Virus record (IMG/VR): IMGVR_UViG_3300043772_002095
Source of the DNA: an uncultured virus (IMG/VR IMGVR_UViG_3300043772_002095)
Lineage: Duplodnaviria; Heunggongvirae; Uroviricota; Caudoviricetes
Length of the DNA stretch: 60,567 nt
Strand: one strand, 5' to 3'
Part shown: one piece after another, positions 20,542 through 29,897 of the stretch
Layout: each line of letters begins with the position of its first letter
How positions within the stretch are numbered: the stretch's first letter is position 1
Program-made: the position numbers and the translations under genes
Notes under the pieces: generated by a model
The model's input: only the letters and a program-made list of their open reading frames with translations
What the model was told of the DNA's origin: nothing
Databases searched by the model: none

Positions 20542-20574
20542 AAACAAATAATTTAATATTATTATAATAAGTAA

Positions 20575-21510
20575 ATGGGAATTGAAAATTTTTACGAAGT
20601 ACTTGAAGTTTCTGATAACGCGACTCAAGATGAAATCAAGAAGGCTTATAGAAAAAAGGCGGTGGAACACCATCCAGATAAAGGAGGTTCAGAAGAAAAA
20701 TTTAAAAAGATAAGCGAGGCTTATGATATATTGGGTGATGAGAATAAACGTAGAGATTATGATAATAGAAAGAATAATCCATTCCATAATAACCAAGGTG
20801 GTGGATTCGGTAATCCATTTGAAGATTTTTTTAATCAACATTTTGGAGGACAAAGGAGAAACGTAGTTCCTGATAAAATAGTTGAGGTTAATATTGGGGT
20901 TGTTGAATCATATAAATCTGTGGATAAAGAAATCACATTTAGTAGAAAAACATCTTGTGATAGTTGCAACGGAAATGGTGGTGAAAAAGATATTTGTGTT
21001 ACTTGTGGAGGTAATGGATTTTTTGAAAGAAGAATGGGTGGAGGATTTTTCACTCAGGTTGTAAGACACGCGTGTAACGATTGTAGAGGTGAAGGATTTA
21101 AATTTAAAACAAAATGTTATTCTTGCAACGGAGAAAGTACTAAGACTAATATGGAAACCGTTAAAATAAAAATTCCTCACGGGATTGATAATGGACAGAT
21201 GTTTAGGTTAAATGGTAAGGGGGATTTTATAAAAGGATTTTATGGTAATTTAGTTGTAAAATTTAATCTTTATTCGGAGTCTAATTTTGAAAAAGAAGGT
21301 AATGATTTAATATATAATTGTTTTTTAAATTTAGATGATTTAAAAAAAGAGAATGTAACTATACCACATCCAGATGGTAATTTGTTAATTAAATTACCGG
21401 TAGATTTCGATAGTTCAAAACCTTTAAGAGTTAAATCTAAAGGTTTTAAAAATAATGGGTTTGGTGATTTGTTTATTAGATTATACGTTAAGTTCAGAAG
21501 AACTCCTTAA
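20575..21510 (+). CDS. dnaJ: DnaJ chaperone (class A)
   Basis: J domain with HPD, G/F linker, four CxxCxGx(G) repeats, C-terminal domain. Confidence 0.93.
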   Translation: MGIENFYEVLEVSDNATQDEIKKAYRKKAVEHHPDKGGSEEKFKKISEAYDILGDENKRRDYDNRKNNPFHNNQGGGFGNPFEDFFNQHFGGQRRNVVPDKIVEVNIGVVESYKSVDKEITFSRKTSCDSCNGNGGEKDICVTCGGNGFFERRMGGGFFTQVVRHACNDCRGEGFKFKTKCYSCNGESTKTNMETVKIKIPHGIDNGQMFRLNGKGDFIKGFYGNLVVKFNLYSESNFEKEGNDLIYNCFLNLDDLKKENVTIPHPDGNLLIKLPVDFDSSKPLRVKSKGFKNNGFGDLFIRLYVKFRRTP

Positions 21511-21628
21511 ATAATTTAATTGTTCCATATATCGATGCAAACAAAAGATAGAAAGATAGGATTACAACCAACCAATGACGAAGTTTTAATCCTGTGTTAT
21601 TACATTTTTTACAATTTTTATTTTCCAT
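21494..21628 (-). CDS. 44-aa CxxC + TM peptide (not in ORF track)
   Basis: [44 protein letters not shown]; perfect TTGACA-17-TATAAT upstream. Confidence 0.6.
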   Translation of the reverse strand: MENKNCKKCNNTGLKLRHWLVVILSFYLLFASIYGTIKLFKEFF

Positions 21629-21642
21629 AGGTTTTTTGTTTA

Positions 21643-21671
21643 ATTATAATTAAAAATTAAAAATATGTCAA
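21643..21671 (-). promoter_or_regulatory. Canonical sigma70 -35/-10 promoter
   Basis: Minus strand TTGACA (21671-21666), 17-nt spacer, TATAAT (21648-21643). Confidence 0.55.
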
Positions 21672-21724
21672 AGTGATGTTGATTTATCACGCACTTTTCT
21701 TATATTTTAGTATATTTATATAAT

Positions 21725-21889
21725 ATGAAAAAATCAGGAAGACCTAAAAAAGATGAAAAAGATAAAAAGGTTAAATATGGTATTAGTATTGACCGATATC
21801 TTTTCGATAAAATGAAAAATGAGGATATTAGCGTGTCCAAGTTTGTTCAGAATTTAGTGAAAGAGTATTATGAGAAAGTACAAAGTTAA
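21725..21889 (+). CDS. Small ribbon-helix-helix-like DNA-binding protein (not in ORF track)
   Basis: 54 aa MKKSGRPKKDEKDKKVKYGISIDRYLFDKM...SVSKFVQNLVKEYY; ATATTTAT at 21712-21719. Confidence 0.65.
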   Translation: MKKSGRPKKDEKDKKVKYGISIDRYLFDKMKNEDISVSKFVQNLVKEYYEKVQS

Positions 21890-22643
21890 TGAAAATTATT
21901 TTGATATATTAAATGAAGAGTCATCATATTGGTTAGGGTTTCTATACGCTGATGGGTATGTTAGAATGAAAGATGGTAAAAGCGGTGAATTAAAGTTGAA
22001 ATTAAAAAATACAGATGTTGATCATATTAAAAAACTACTAAAACATATGGAAAGTGACCACCCTATTAAATGTGGGTTAGACAATAAATCTTATTTTTGT
22101 CAAACATCAATAAATTCAAGTAAAGTTGTTAAACGACTTTTTGAGTTGGGATGTGTTAATAATAAGACTTTTAAAATAACTTTACCCGATTTACCATCAA
22201 ATTTAATAACTCACTTTATAAGAGGATATTTTGATGGTGATGGGTCTATCTCAAAGAGGAAAGACTCTGCCGGGTATAACGGAACTATTGTTGGTAATTA
22301 TAATTTTATATCGGGTGTTTACGAATTTTTAAAAATACAAGGTCTAACTAACATTGGATTTTATAAAATGGGTAAAATATATAGTATAACCATTGGTAAT
22401 TTAAGTGATTTATTTAAATTTAAGGAATTGTTATATAACAATAACGATAAAATTCTATGTTTAGAAAGAAAAAAACTAATATTTGACGGAATGATCAAAG
22501 ATTTTGTGAGTAAAGATGAGTTTTTAAAGTTGATTGTTGAAAAAAATATAACTACATTTAATCAATATAAAAGTTATTTATCGTTTAACAAACTCGATAA
22601 ATACCCTAGAAATCCGGAATCGGAATATAATTTTAAATTTTAA
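21870..22643 (+). CDS. Free-standing LAGLIDADG homing endonuclease
   Basis: Two motifs: 'YWLGFLYADG' and 'FIRGYFDGDG'. Confidence 0.88.
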   Translation: MRKYKVNENYFDILNEESSYWLGFLYADGYVRMKDGKSGELKLKLKNTDVDHIKKLLKHMESDHPIKCGLDNKSYFCQTSINSSKVVKRLFELGCVNNKTFKITLPDLPSNLITHFIRGYFDGDGSISKRKDSAGYNGTIVGNYNFISGVYEFLKIQGLTNIGFYKMGKIYSITIGNLSDLFKFKELLYNNNDKILCLERKKLIFDGMIKDFVSKDEFLKLIVEKNITTFNQYKSYLSFNKLDKYPRNPESEYNFKF

Positions 22644-22649
22644 TACGTT

Positions 22650-23486
22650 ATGTTGAGTTGGATCGGTGGAAAATCAAAAATTGGTAAGTGGATAGTTGAA
22701 TATTACCCTAAAGATATGGAAATTTATTTAGAGTCTTTTGGAGGGATGATGTGGTGTTATTTTAATATGGACTTAAAAGACTACCCAAATCTCAAAAAAA
22801 TAGTTTACAACGATTTTAATCGATTGAATTATAACTTATTTAAATGTGTTCAAAACCCATCTAATATGTTAAATGCTATAAATTCAATTGATTGTCAAAA
22901 ACAAGGGGTCGAAAAAACCCCTGAAATTTATAAAGAACAATTTGAGAGATTCCAAAGAGAAATTTTTAACGAAAATTTTATAATAGGTGAGTACGATTAT
23001 GAAACCGCTGCAAAATACGTATATGTGGTTACTCAAGTTTTTAGTGGGTCTAAACCCGAAAAATCTTCTTTTATTGATTTAAAAGGGAAATATAAATCTA
23101 AATATTTAACATTTAGGGATAAATTACTAAAACCTGATTGGATAGAACATTTCACAAAAATAACAGATGTTGAAAATTTAGATTTTGAAGATGTTATTAA
23201 AAAGTACGATGGGGTAAATACTTTTCATTATATTGACGCACCATATTGGAAAACTGAAAACTATTATTCTAAACACGATTTTGATAGGGATGACCACGAA
23301 AGATTGGCAAATGTTTTAAAAAATATTAAAGGTAAATTTAATATGTCGTACTACGATTTTCCTTTATTATCTGAATGGTTTCCCAAAACAGAATATAGAT
23401 GGGTAAGTAAAGATTTCGCAAAGGCCGCCGCAGCCAAAAAAGGTAAAACACAAAATGTTGGAACGGAATTACTAATAATGAATTAA
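22650..23486 (+). CDS. DNA adenine methyltransferase (Dam/D12 class), DAPY variant
   Basis: 'WIGGKS', 'YLESFGG', 'YNDFN', 'YIDAPY', 'ELLIMN'. Confidence 0.85.
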   Translation: MLSWIGGKSKIGKWIVEYYPKDMEIYLESFGGMMWCYFNMDLKDYPNLKKIVYNDFNRLNYNLFKCVQNPSNMLNAINSIDCQKQGVEKTPEIYKEQFERFQREIFNENFIIGEYDYETAAKYVYVVTQVFSGSKPEKSSFIDLKGKYKSKYLTFRDKLLKPDWIEHFTKITDVENLDFEDVIKKYDGVNTFHYIDAPYWKTENYYSKHDFDRDDHERLANVLKNIKGKFNMSYYDFPLLSEWFPKTEYRWVSKDFAKAAAAKKGKTQNVGTELLIMN

Positions 23487-23569
23487 ATTTTGTTTTTATA
23501 AATAAAATATTTAATTTTGTAATCCAAACAATTTCAAAAAACGAAATATTTATAAATAAAAATCTTAAA

Positions 23570-24949
23570 ATGAAAATTACATCTTTATTATCAAAACTAA
23601 TAGTTGAGAATTCTAGATTCCAAGTTTTATACGACAAAATGGTTAAAGCTCCTGAGAAAAAAACCGAAGGAGGTAAACCCACCAAAGGATTAATGGATTT
23701 TGATATCCTAAAACGAATTATAATGGCAGACCCAACGTCAAAGGCGCCTGAAAATTTTAACATTGAAGGGGCTAGTGTTGAAGATATGGAAAAAGTTAAA
23801 GTAGGTAACTATACCCAATGGTTATTAAAAAACTTTGTTAAACCCGTTTTAGACGCCGAACATCCTTTAAATACCTTAGACCCTAAATTACCACAATATA
23901 AAACGGCAAGAAAAGAATTTGAAAGATTATTCTTAGAAGATTTATATAAACAAACTGAAAGATTAGAGTTTTATACTAAAGCTAAACAATACCTTCCATT
24001 AGAAAAAAGAGATATTGGTAAACTATCAATTGCCGATTTATTTGATATTTTTTCTAATTTCCAATTACCTGAAAAGAAAAGAATAGAAACTGAAAAGAAA
24101 GAGGCTAAAAAGTCTAGGGAAGGATTCTCACACAAAGGTTCTGAAATTCTTTATCAAGGTACAGATTGGACATTAATTAAGATTAGTGACCCAGGACCTG
24201 CTGGTAAAGACGCTGCAATTTGGTATGGCGGATATAAAGACCATAGAAAAGGTGAAACCGAATGGTGTACTTCATCTCCAGGTTTAAATTGGTTTGACAG
24301 ATATATTGCAAAAGGTCCACTATACGTTGTATTTCCTAATGATGATAAAGGTGAGGTTGGAGAAAGAACAGGATTACCTAAAGAAAGATACCAATTCCAT
24401 TTCCAAGATGCTCAATTTATGGATAGAGATGACCACCAAATTAATTTAGTTGAGTTCTTAAATAAAAAGGCGCCTGAATTAAAACCTTTATTCAAACACG
24501 AATTTGCTAAAGGATTAACAACTAAAGGTGGAACAAAGGTGGAAATTATTTACCCTGAAAGTTCCGCAGGTAAATTCGTAGCGTTATACGGATTTGAAGA
24601 TTTATTCAAATCTTTACCTAAAGATATTAAAACTTTAAATATTATTAATAAAAGTAAAGAAGATGTTGCGTTAGACGTTCCTGATGAGATATCTCAATTT
24701 AAAGATTTACACACAATATTATTACAGAATATGGTTAAAACCATACCTGAATCTATTGGTAACTTACCTAACTTAGCGTTTATATCTTTACCTGATAATA
24801 AAGATTTAGAATCAATACCTGAGTCAATTAAAAATCTTAAAAATTTGACAATGCTTAATTTGAAAAATTCTAATCCTAATGTTAAAATACCTGAAAGTTT
24901 AAAAGATATTTTAGAAGACAACGGAGCGGGATTTTATTCAGTATTATAA
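23570..24949 (+). CDS. Protein with central WCT-motif domain and C-terminal leucine-rich repeats
   Basis: 'TEWCTS...GPLYV...YQFHF'; C-terminal 'IPESIGNLPNL', 'IPESIKNLKNL' LRR units; ATATTTAT at 23546-23553. Confidence 0.7.
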   Translation: MKITSLLSKLIVENSRFQVLYDKMVKAPEKKTEGGKPTKGLMDFDILKRIIMADPTSKAPENFNIEGASVEDMEKVKVGNYTQWLLKNFVKPVLDAEHPLNTLDPKLPQYKTARKEFERLFLEDLYKQTERLEFYTKAKQYLPLEKRDIGKLSIADLFDIFSNFQLPEKKRIETEKKEAKKSREGFSHKGSEILYQGTDWTLIKISDPGPAGKDAAIWYGGYKDHRKGETEWCTSSPGLNWFDRYIAKGPLYVVFPNDDKGEVGERTGLPKERYQFHFQDAQFMDRDDHQINLVEFLNKKAPELKPLFKHEFAKGLTTKGGTKVEIIYPESSAGKFVALYGFEDLFKSLPKDIKTLNIINKSKEDVALDVPDEISQFKDLHTILLQNMVKTIPESIGNLPNLAFISLPDNKDLESIPESIKNLKNLTMLNLKNSNPNVKIPESLKDILEDNGAGFYSVL

Positions 24950-24965
24950 TCAAAAAGAATTTCGT

Positions 24966-25256
24966 ATGAAAAACATCGAAATCGATATCTATATGAATCA
25001 GTTTATTGGGTTCTTCGATAAGAACCCAAAAGAACTGACAGAATTGATAGGTAAAATCGATAAGGACATCTTTTTTCAAAAAATAAGAGAACAATGTGAG
25101 AAAAATTTTGAAAAAGATGGTGAAGCTTCTTTAAAAAGAGAACAAGTCATTGAGATAATCGTTTCTTTACACAGAAACGATAATTTAACCCCCAAAATAG
25201 TTGAATTAGAGGAGATATTCCAAAACACCAAATTCGGTAAAATTTGTTTGAATTAA
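24966..25256 (+). CDS. Hypothetical protein
   Basis: 96-aa ORF. Confidence 0.7.
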   Translation: MKNIEIDIYMNQFIGFFDKNPKELTELIGKIDKDIFFQKIREQCEKNFEKDGEASLKREQVIEIIVSLHRNDNLTPKIVELEEIFQNTKFGKICLN

Positions 25257-25326
25257 TTTTATTTAAATAAATTTGGCCAGTTCAAATATATTTCATATCT
25301 TTGTATTATAATTAAAACACAATAAT

Positions 25327-26079
25327 ATGATAACATTAGAAACACTAAAACAAAACGTTCCGTCAATCTTCACAACAACACAATCACCAAAAATGTCAGA
25401 TAGATATGTGTTCGTTCCAACCTATGAAATTATGGAAAATTTCCAAAGAGAAGGGTGGGAATTATCAACCGCGAGACAATCAGGAAAAGGAATATATTCA
25501 ATGCACGAGTTAAGATTCCGTAATGGAGAATTACCAAAAGTTGGAGATTCTTTGGTTGAGGCGGTTATTAAAAACTCCCATAATGGTTTAACTACCTTTT
25601 CAGTATCCGCAGGTTTACATAGATTAGTATGTTCAAATGGTTTAACCGTACCAACAAGTGTTGCGGATTCGTTTAAAGTTAGACACAAAAACTTTGAACT
25701 TGATGATGTTAAAAGATTAACAGAAAGTTTTGCTGCTAAATTACCGATGATTCAGAATTCAGTTGAAAAAATGATGTCAAAAACAATGGATGAATCTGAA
25801 AAAGTATCTTTTGTTAGAGAGGCGACAAAATTAAGATGGAAAGTCGGTTCAGTTCCGGCAAGTTTAGAACCTAGTAAATTGTTAGTCCCTAACAGAGAAG
25901 GTGACAATGGTAATGACTTATGGAGTGTGTTTAATGTTGTTCAGGAAAAGTTTGTTAGAGGTGGGGTTAAATACACATCAAATAATGGTAAAAGAACCGA
26001 ACTTAAAGGTTTAAAAAACATTATGGCGGTTAATCAAGTTAATACCAAACTTTGGGAGTTAGCGGAATTGTATTATTAA
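25327..26079 (+). CDS. DUF932/DUF945-family protein
   Basis: 'NSHNG..TFSVSAGLHRLVCSNGL', 'LWSVFNVVQE', 'NTKLWELA'; host-type promoter at 25272-25303. Confidence 0.8.
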   Translation: MITLETLKQNVPSIFTTTQSPKMSDRYVFVPTYEIMENFQREGWELSTARQSGKGIYSMHELRFRNGELPKVGDSLVEAVIKNSHNGLTTFSVSAGLHRLVCSNGLTVPTSVADSFKVRHKNFELDDVKRLTESFAAKLPMIQNSVEKMMSKTMDESEKVSFVREATKLRWKVGSVPASLEPSKLLVPNREGDNGNDLWSVFNVVQEKFVRGGVKYTSNNGKRTELKGLKNIMAVNQVNTKLWELAELYY

Positions 26080-26088
26080 TAACTAAAA

Positions 26089-26119
26089 ATATGGCGAGGT
26101 AACTCTCGCCATATATTTT
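26089..26119 (+). terminator. Intrinsic terminator-like hairpin
   Basis: ATATGGCGAG (26089-26098) / CTCGCCATAT (26105-26114), perfect 10-bp stem. Confidence 0.65.
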
Positions 26120-26125
26120 AAATTT

Positions 26126-27793
26126 ATGAGTGAATTATTTAATTTTACGGGTAAAATTTATTATGTAGGCCTCTACAAAAATTTTTGTACTCTTTTACAC
26201 GATGATGACTCCAATGATTTTATTGGAATAAAATATGTCGGGACTAAAGAACATCCAAGATGGGAGTTTGATACTTCGGTAAATAAAGATGAAAATTGTT
26301 ATATTGAGAATTATGCTAATAAATTAGCCTCAGTATCCCTATCAAAAATTTCAATTATTGTAACCAAAAAAGATGATAAAATTAGTTTAAAACTATTCTT
26401 ATATCATAGAAATAGAGTCGTTGGAAAACCTTACTTCAAATTATCCACAATCTGTTACTTCTTCACTTATAATTTTAAAACCAACGCAATTTATAAAGGA
26501 TCTATACAAGATTACCACAAGAAAAGAAAATTTAAAAGAAAAATAAGAAGAATTTTAACTTATGGTGACCCATTATTAGAATTTAAACAAACATTGGTTA
26601 ATAATTTTAGATCTTATTTTATAGAAGAATATTCGGAAATTAAAAGAGACCAAATCATTGATGAGGCGATAAATTCTTTTATAAAAAATATACCTGATAT
26701 TGAAAAGTATAAAACGACTGGTTTAAAAAAAGAGCAAAATGTGTTTTATAAAATGTTCTTTGATAAGTATGAGGTTAAATTACCCAACAATTGGGAGAAC
26801 CTAATATTTGATAACCTACAACCAAAAAAAATTGATTACGTAAAGAATGATTACAAATATGTGGACAGCTTTATGTTGGCAAATAAAATTAAAGGTAGGA
26901 AACTTAGAAAGATAATTCATAATGTAGACAAATTAACATTAACTAATTTACATTTAGTTTTTAATAATTTTGGTGAAGAGTATGTAATGAATCAAAATGA
27001 GAGTTTAATTAAATCTATTTTAGAATGTAGTGAGTTAGTGAACCACAATCTTATTAACTTTAATAAGTTAATTAAAACTAAAAAAGAATTTGATAATGTT
27101 TTTGAAATATTTAAATTGGTTATTGATGGTAAAATTGGAAATCAAACTTTTAATGACCACGCTAATTTTTACGGAGTGGTAAATAAATATGAGGACATTA
27201 AATGGTTATCGAATACCTACGATGATTTCCAAAAAGAGCATTTAGATTGGACGGATAAAATGACTTTTTATACTATGGCGAATCACGATATAACTTATGA
27301 CCAAACATTGGTAAACGAGTTAAATAAACCTATTATAATTGACGAACAGGTATATTACCCGGTGTTATTAACAAATTCTAAAGAATATAATAGAGAGTCA
27401 ACAATTCAAAGTAATTGTGTTAGAACGTACATTGAAAGACCAACATCATTAATTATCTCGTTAAGAAAAAATAATATCGAATCACAAGATAGAGCAACCA
27501 TTGAATATAGAGTTCTTTTTGTAAATGAAAGGTTTAAATTTAATAGAGTTCAGACATTAGGTAGGTTTAATAAAACACTACCTGAAGAATGGAATGAACC
27601 TATTAGGGAGTTAGATGATGTGTTAAATACCATAACAAAATATAATAAACTAAAACCTCAAACCATAACAACCAAAAAAGGTAATAAAGAATTTAAAAGA
27701 GAGTTAATCATACAAAAAAATGAAACTTCTACAACTATAAGATGGGATAGTAATGTTGAAAATTCAGAAGATAGTATTTATTATTTAGTTTAA
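26126..27793 (+). CDS. Protein with C-terminal PcfJ-like domain
   Basis: 'EYNRESTIQSNCVRTY', 'RATIEY', 'QTLGRFN' pattern. Confidence 0.6.
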   Translation: MSELFNFTGKIYYVGLYKNFCTLLHDDDSNDFIGIKYVGTKEHPRWEFDTSVNKDENCYIENYANKLASVSLSKISIIVTKKDDKISLKLFLYHRNRVVGKPYFKLSTICYFFTYNFKTNAIYKGSIQDYHKKRKFKRKIRRILTYGDPLLEFKQTLVNNFRSYFIEEYSEIKRDQIIDEAINSFIKNIPDIEKYKTTGLKKEQNVFYKMFFDKYEVKLPNNWENLIFDNLQPKKIDYVKNDYKYVDSFMLANKIKGRKLRKIIHNVDKLTLTNLHLVFNNFGEEYVMNQNESLIKSILECSELVNHNLINFNKLIKTKKEFDNVFEIFKLVIDGKIGNQTFNDHANFYGVVNKYEDIKWLSNTYDDFQKEHLDWTDKMTFYTMANHDITYDQTLVNELNKPIIIDEQVYYPVLLTNSKEYNRESTIQSNCVRTYIERPTSLIISLRKNNIESQDRATIEYRVLFVNERFKFNRVQTLGRFNKTLPEEWNEPIRELDDVLNTITKYNKLKPQTITTKKGNKEFKRELIIQKNETSTTIRWDSNVENSEDSIYYLV

Positions 27794-28105
27794 ATGATAC
27801 CACAAAATTGTATAGATACATTTATCAAAAGATTTAACTACTACCCTTCAGTATTTGAAATTAAAGTTCACGATGATGTAATTGAAAAGATTAATTCTTT
27901 CGTGGATAAATACAATTTAATATGGTTCAAATCCACATTCAAACCAGAATTAAACAAAAACGTTTTCATTGAAAGATTATGTGAGTATGATCCAACAGGT
28001 ATTTTAATTTACCAAAATGATAGTGGTGGTCTATTTATATTAACAACAATTGATAGAAAAAACGTTTCAGAATATTTAATAAACATGATAAAAAAAATAA
28101 AATAA
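27794..28105 (+). CDS. Hypothetical protein
   Basis: 103-aa ORF. Confidence 0.65.
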   Translation: MIPQNCIDTFIKRFNYYPSVFEIKVHDDVIEKINSFVDKYNLIWFKSTFKPELNKNVFIERLCEYDPTGILIYQNDSGGLFILTTIDRKNVSEYLINMIKKIK

Positions 28106-28106
28106 A

Positions 28107-28421
28107 ATGGAGATTAGTAGCGTAGAATTACAAGAAAAAATAAATAATGGGGAAAAGATTATATTAAAATTAGGTGCGTCTTGGTGCGGCCCCTGCTCTA
28201 TCTTAAAACCTATATTTGAAAAAGTGGCTAAAGAAAATACAACTGAAGTTCAAATGTATTCTTTGGATGTTGATGTTAATAGAGAAGTGGCAATGTCTTT
28301 AGGGGTTAGAAGTGTACCAACAATTAAAACCTTCAATATGGGGGAAATTGTTGATACTAAAGTAGGGTTATTGAACGAAGAGCAAATAAAAAACCTTGTT
28401 AAAGAATTAGTAAATGGATAA
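28107..28421 (+). CDS. Thioredoxin
   Basis: WCGPC active site; 'VRSVPT'. Confidence 0.92.
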   Translation: MEISSVELQEKINNGEKIILKLGASWCGPCSILKPIFEKVAKENTTEVQMYSLDVDVNREVAMSLGVRSVPTIKTFNMGEIVDTKVGLLNEEQIKNLVKELVNG

Positions 28422-28698
28422 ATTATTATTAGTCTACACAATGAAGGGGTGTCCACATTGTGTAGACTTTAAAAAAATGTTGGACGAAAACAAAGTTGAC
28501 TATTATGAAAGAGACATTGATGAATATCAAGAAGAATATGATTTATTTGTTGAAATAACAGAAAATGAATACGTTCCGGCATTTATGATAGTTGAATCTC
28601 CTGAAGAAAATCCTAACACCTTATTGTTTGCTCCTGACAGAGACTTCAAAGACTTTGATGAAGGTCTTAAAATTATTAAAGAACATTTGGGTGAATAA
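28414..28698 (+). CDS. Glutaredoxin-like protein
   Basis: 'YTMKGCPHC' and 'YVP' motifs. Confidence 0.85.
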   Translation: MDKLLLVYTMKGCPHCVDFKKMLDENKVDYYERDIDEYQEEYDLFVEITENEYVPAFMIVESPEENPNTLLFAPDRDFKDFDEGLKIIKEHLGE

Positions 28699-28707
28699 TC
28701 ACCCAAA

Positions 28708-29520
28708 TTAAAATATTACCATATCATTCATTCTATCAACCTTATTCCAAGGTTTTTTCTCTAATTGAGAATCAATTTCATTTTTAACATCATAACCTGA
28801 TAAATTATCTAATACAAATTTATCAATATTAAAATCGAACACATCAAGTATTAAAGATTTAATATAATCATCAACATATATTGAATCAGTCTTAATTGAA
28901 ATTAACTGGTCATTTGTTTTCTCATCTTTTAAAGTTGAGAATTTGAAATTAACATACTCCATATTAATAGTTTTAAATAAATGATTACAAATATATTCAC
29001 AATAATATAGGTGGGACCTATTTGAATTTACACTATAACCATACGGATATTCAGAAGTGAATACGATCTCAGGTATAATTGTGAAATGATTAGTTATAAA
29101 TTTATTAGACTCAACAATAAACTCATTAAAGTAATTAATTGATTCGTATTCGGAGTCAAGATGTTTTATTAGATTAATTGTTTCTTTTTTAAATAAAACT
29201 CTATCTGAATTATAGAATTCAAAAAAATGTGTTGTTGGAACATCAGGTTTTTTATTATATTTGATAACATCAATAGTATTTGTTTGTTTAATTCCTAAAC
29301 CATTTAACGTGTTTTTATTTAGTTCAAAAAACTTTTCTTTAATAGGGTTAATATTTAATACTTTATCAGATTCGGTTATCCCATTAATAACAAAAAAAGA
29401 ATCTAAATATGTTACGTTTATTATACTTACAAAATTGTTGTCCTTTGATAATTCACTAACAATAAAGTCGGCAAATCTGTTTACCAAACCTCTTATACTT
29501 TTTGGATTAATATATTTCAT
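28708..29520 (-). CDS. Hypothetical protein (possible degenerate SAM-synthetase-like fold)
   Basis: 270-aa ORF; only faint resemblance to MetK termini. Confidence 0.55.
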   Translation of the reverse strand: MKYINPKSIRGLVNRFADFIVSELSKDNNFVSIINVTYLDSFFVINGITESDKVLNINPIKEKFFELNKNTLNGLGIKQTNTIDVIKYNKKPDVPTTHFFEFYNSDRVLFKKETINLIKHLDSEYESINYFNEFIVESNKFITNHFTIIPEIVFTSEYPYGYSVNSNRSHLYYCEYICNHLFKTINMEYVNFKFSTLKDEKTNDQLISIKTDSIYVDDYIKSLILDVFDFNIDKFVLDNLSGYDVKNEIDSQLEKKPWNKVDRMNDMVIF

Positions 29521-29612
29521 AACAAACTATAACGATTTTAATTTAAAATATAAATAAAAAAGGGAGTTAAAAACCCCCTTAAATTTTTTCTCAAAACAAA
29601 CATATCAAAGAA

Positions 29613-29759
29613 TTATCTTTTCTTGTAATATTTTTCAACAACCTTTTTAATAGATTCTTGAATTGTTGGAGAGTTTTGAGTGTTGTTTTGAACAGGTTGT
29701 GCAGTCTGAGGTTGTGAAACCTGATTACCATTGTTCTTATTCTTACATCCACAAGCCAT
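29613..29759 (-). CDS. 48-aa MACGCK peptide (not in ORF track)
   Basis: MACGCKNKNN...IQESIKKVVEKYYKKR; ATATTTAT motif upstream (29799-29806). Confidence 0.65.
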   Translation of the reverse strand: MACGCKNKNNGNQVSQPQTAQPVQNNTQNSPTIQESIKKVVEKYYKKR

Positions 29760-29897
29760 AGTAATTTGTTTTTAAAAGTTTATTTTAGGTTTATTATAAT
29801 AAATATATTGAATATTCCAAATCAAATAATAATTAATATTTTATTTTTTTAAATCCAAAAAAATGATTATATTTGTATCTTAAAATATTTATAATTT

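Noticed and set aside
21870..23486. Restriction-modification system or intron-split methyltransferase
   Set aside because: The nuclease is LAGLIDADG rather than a restriction enzyme, and the methyltransferase appears complete with no upstream exon.
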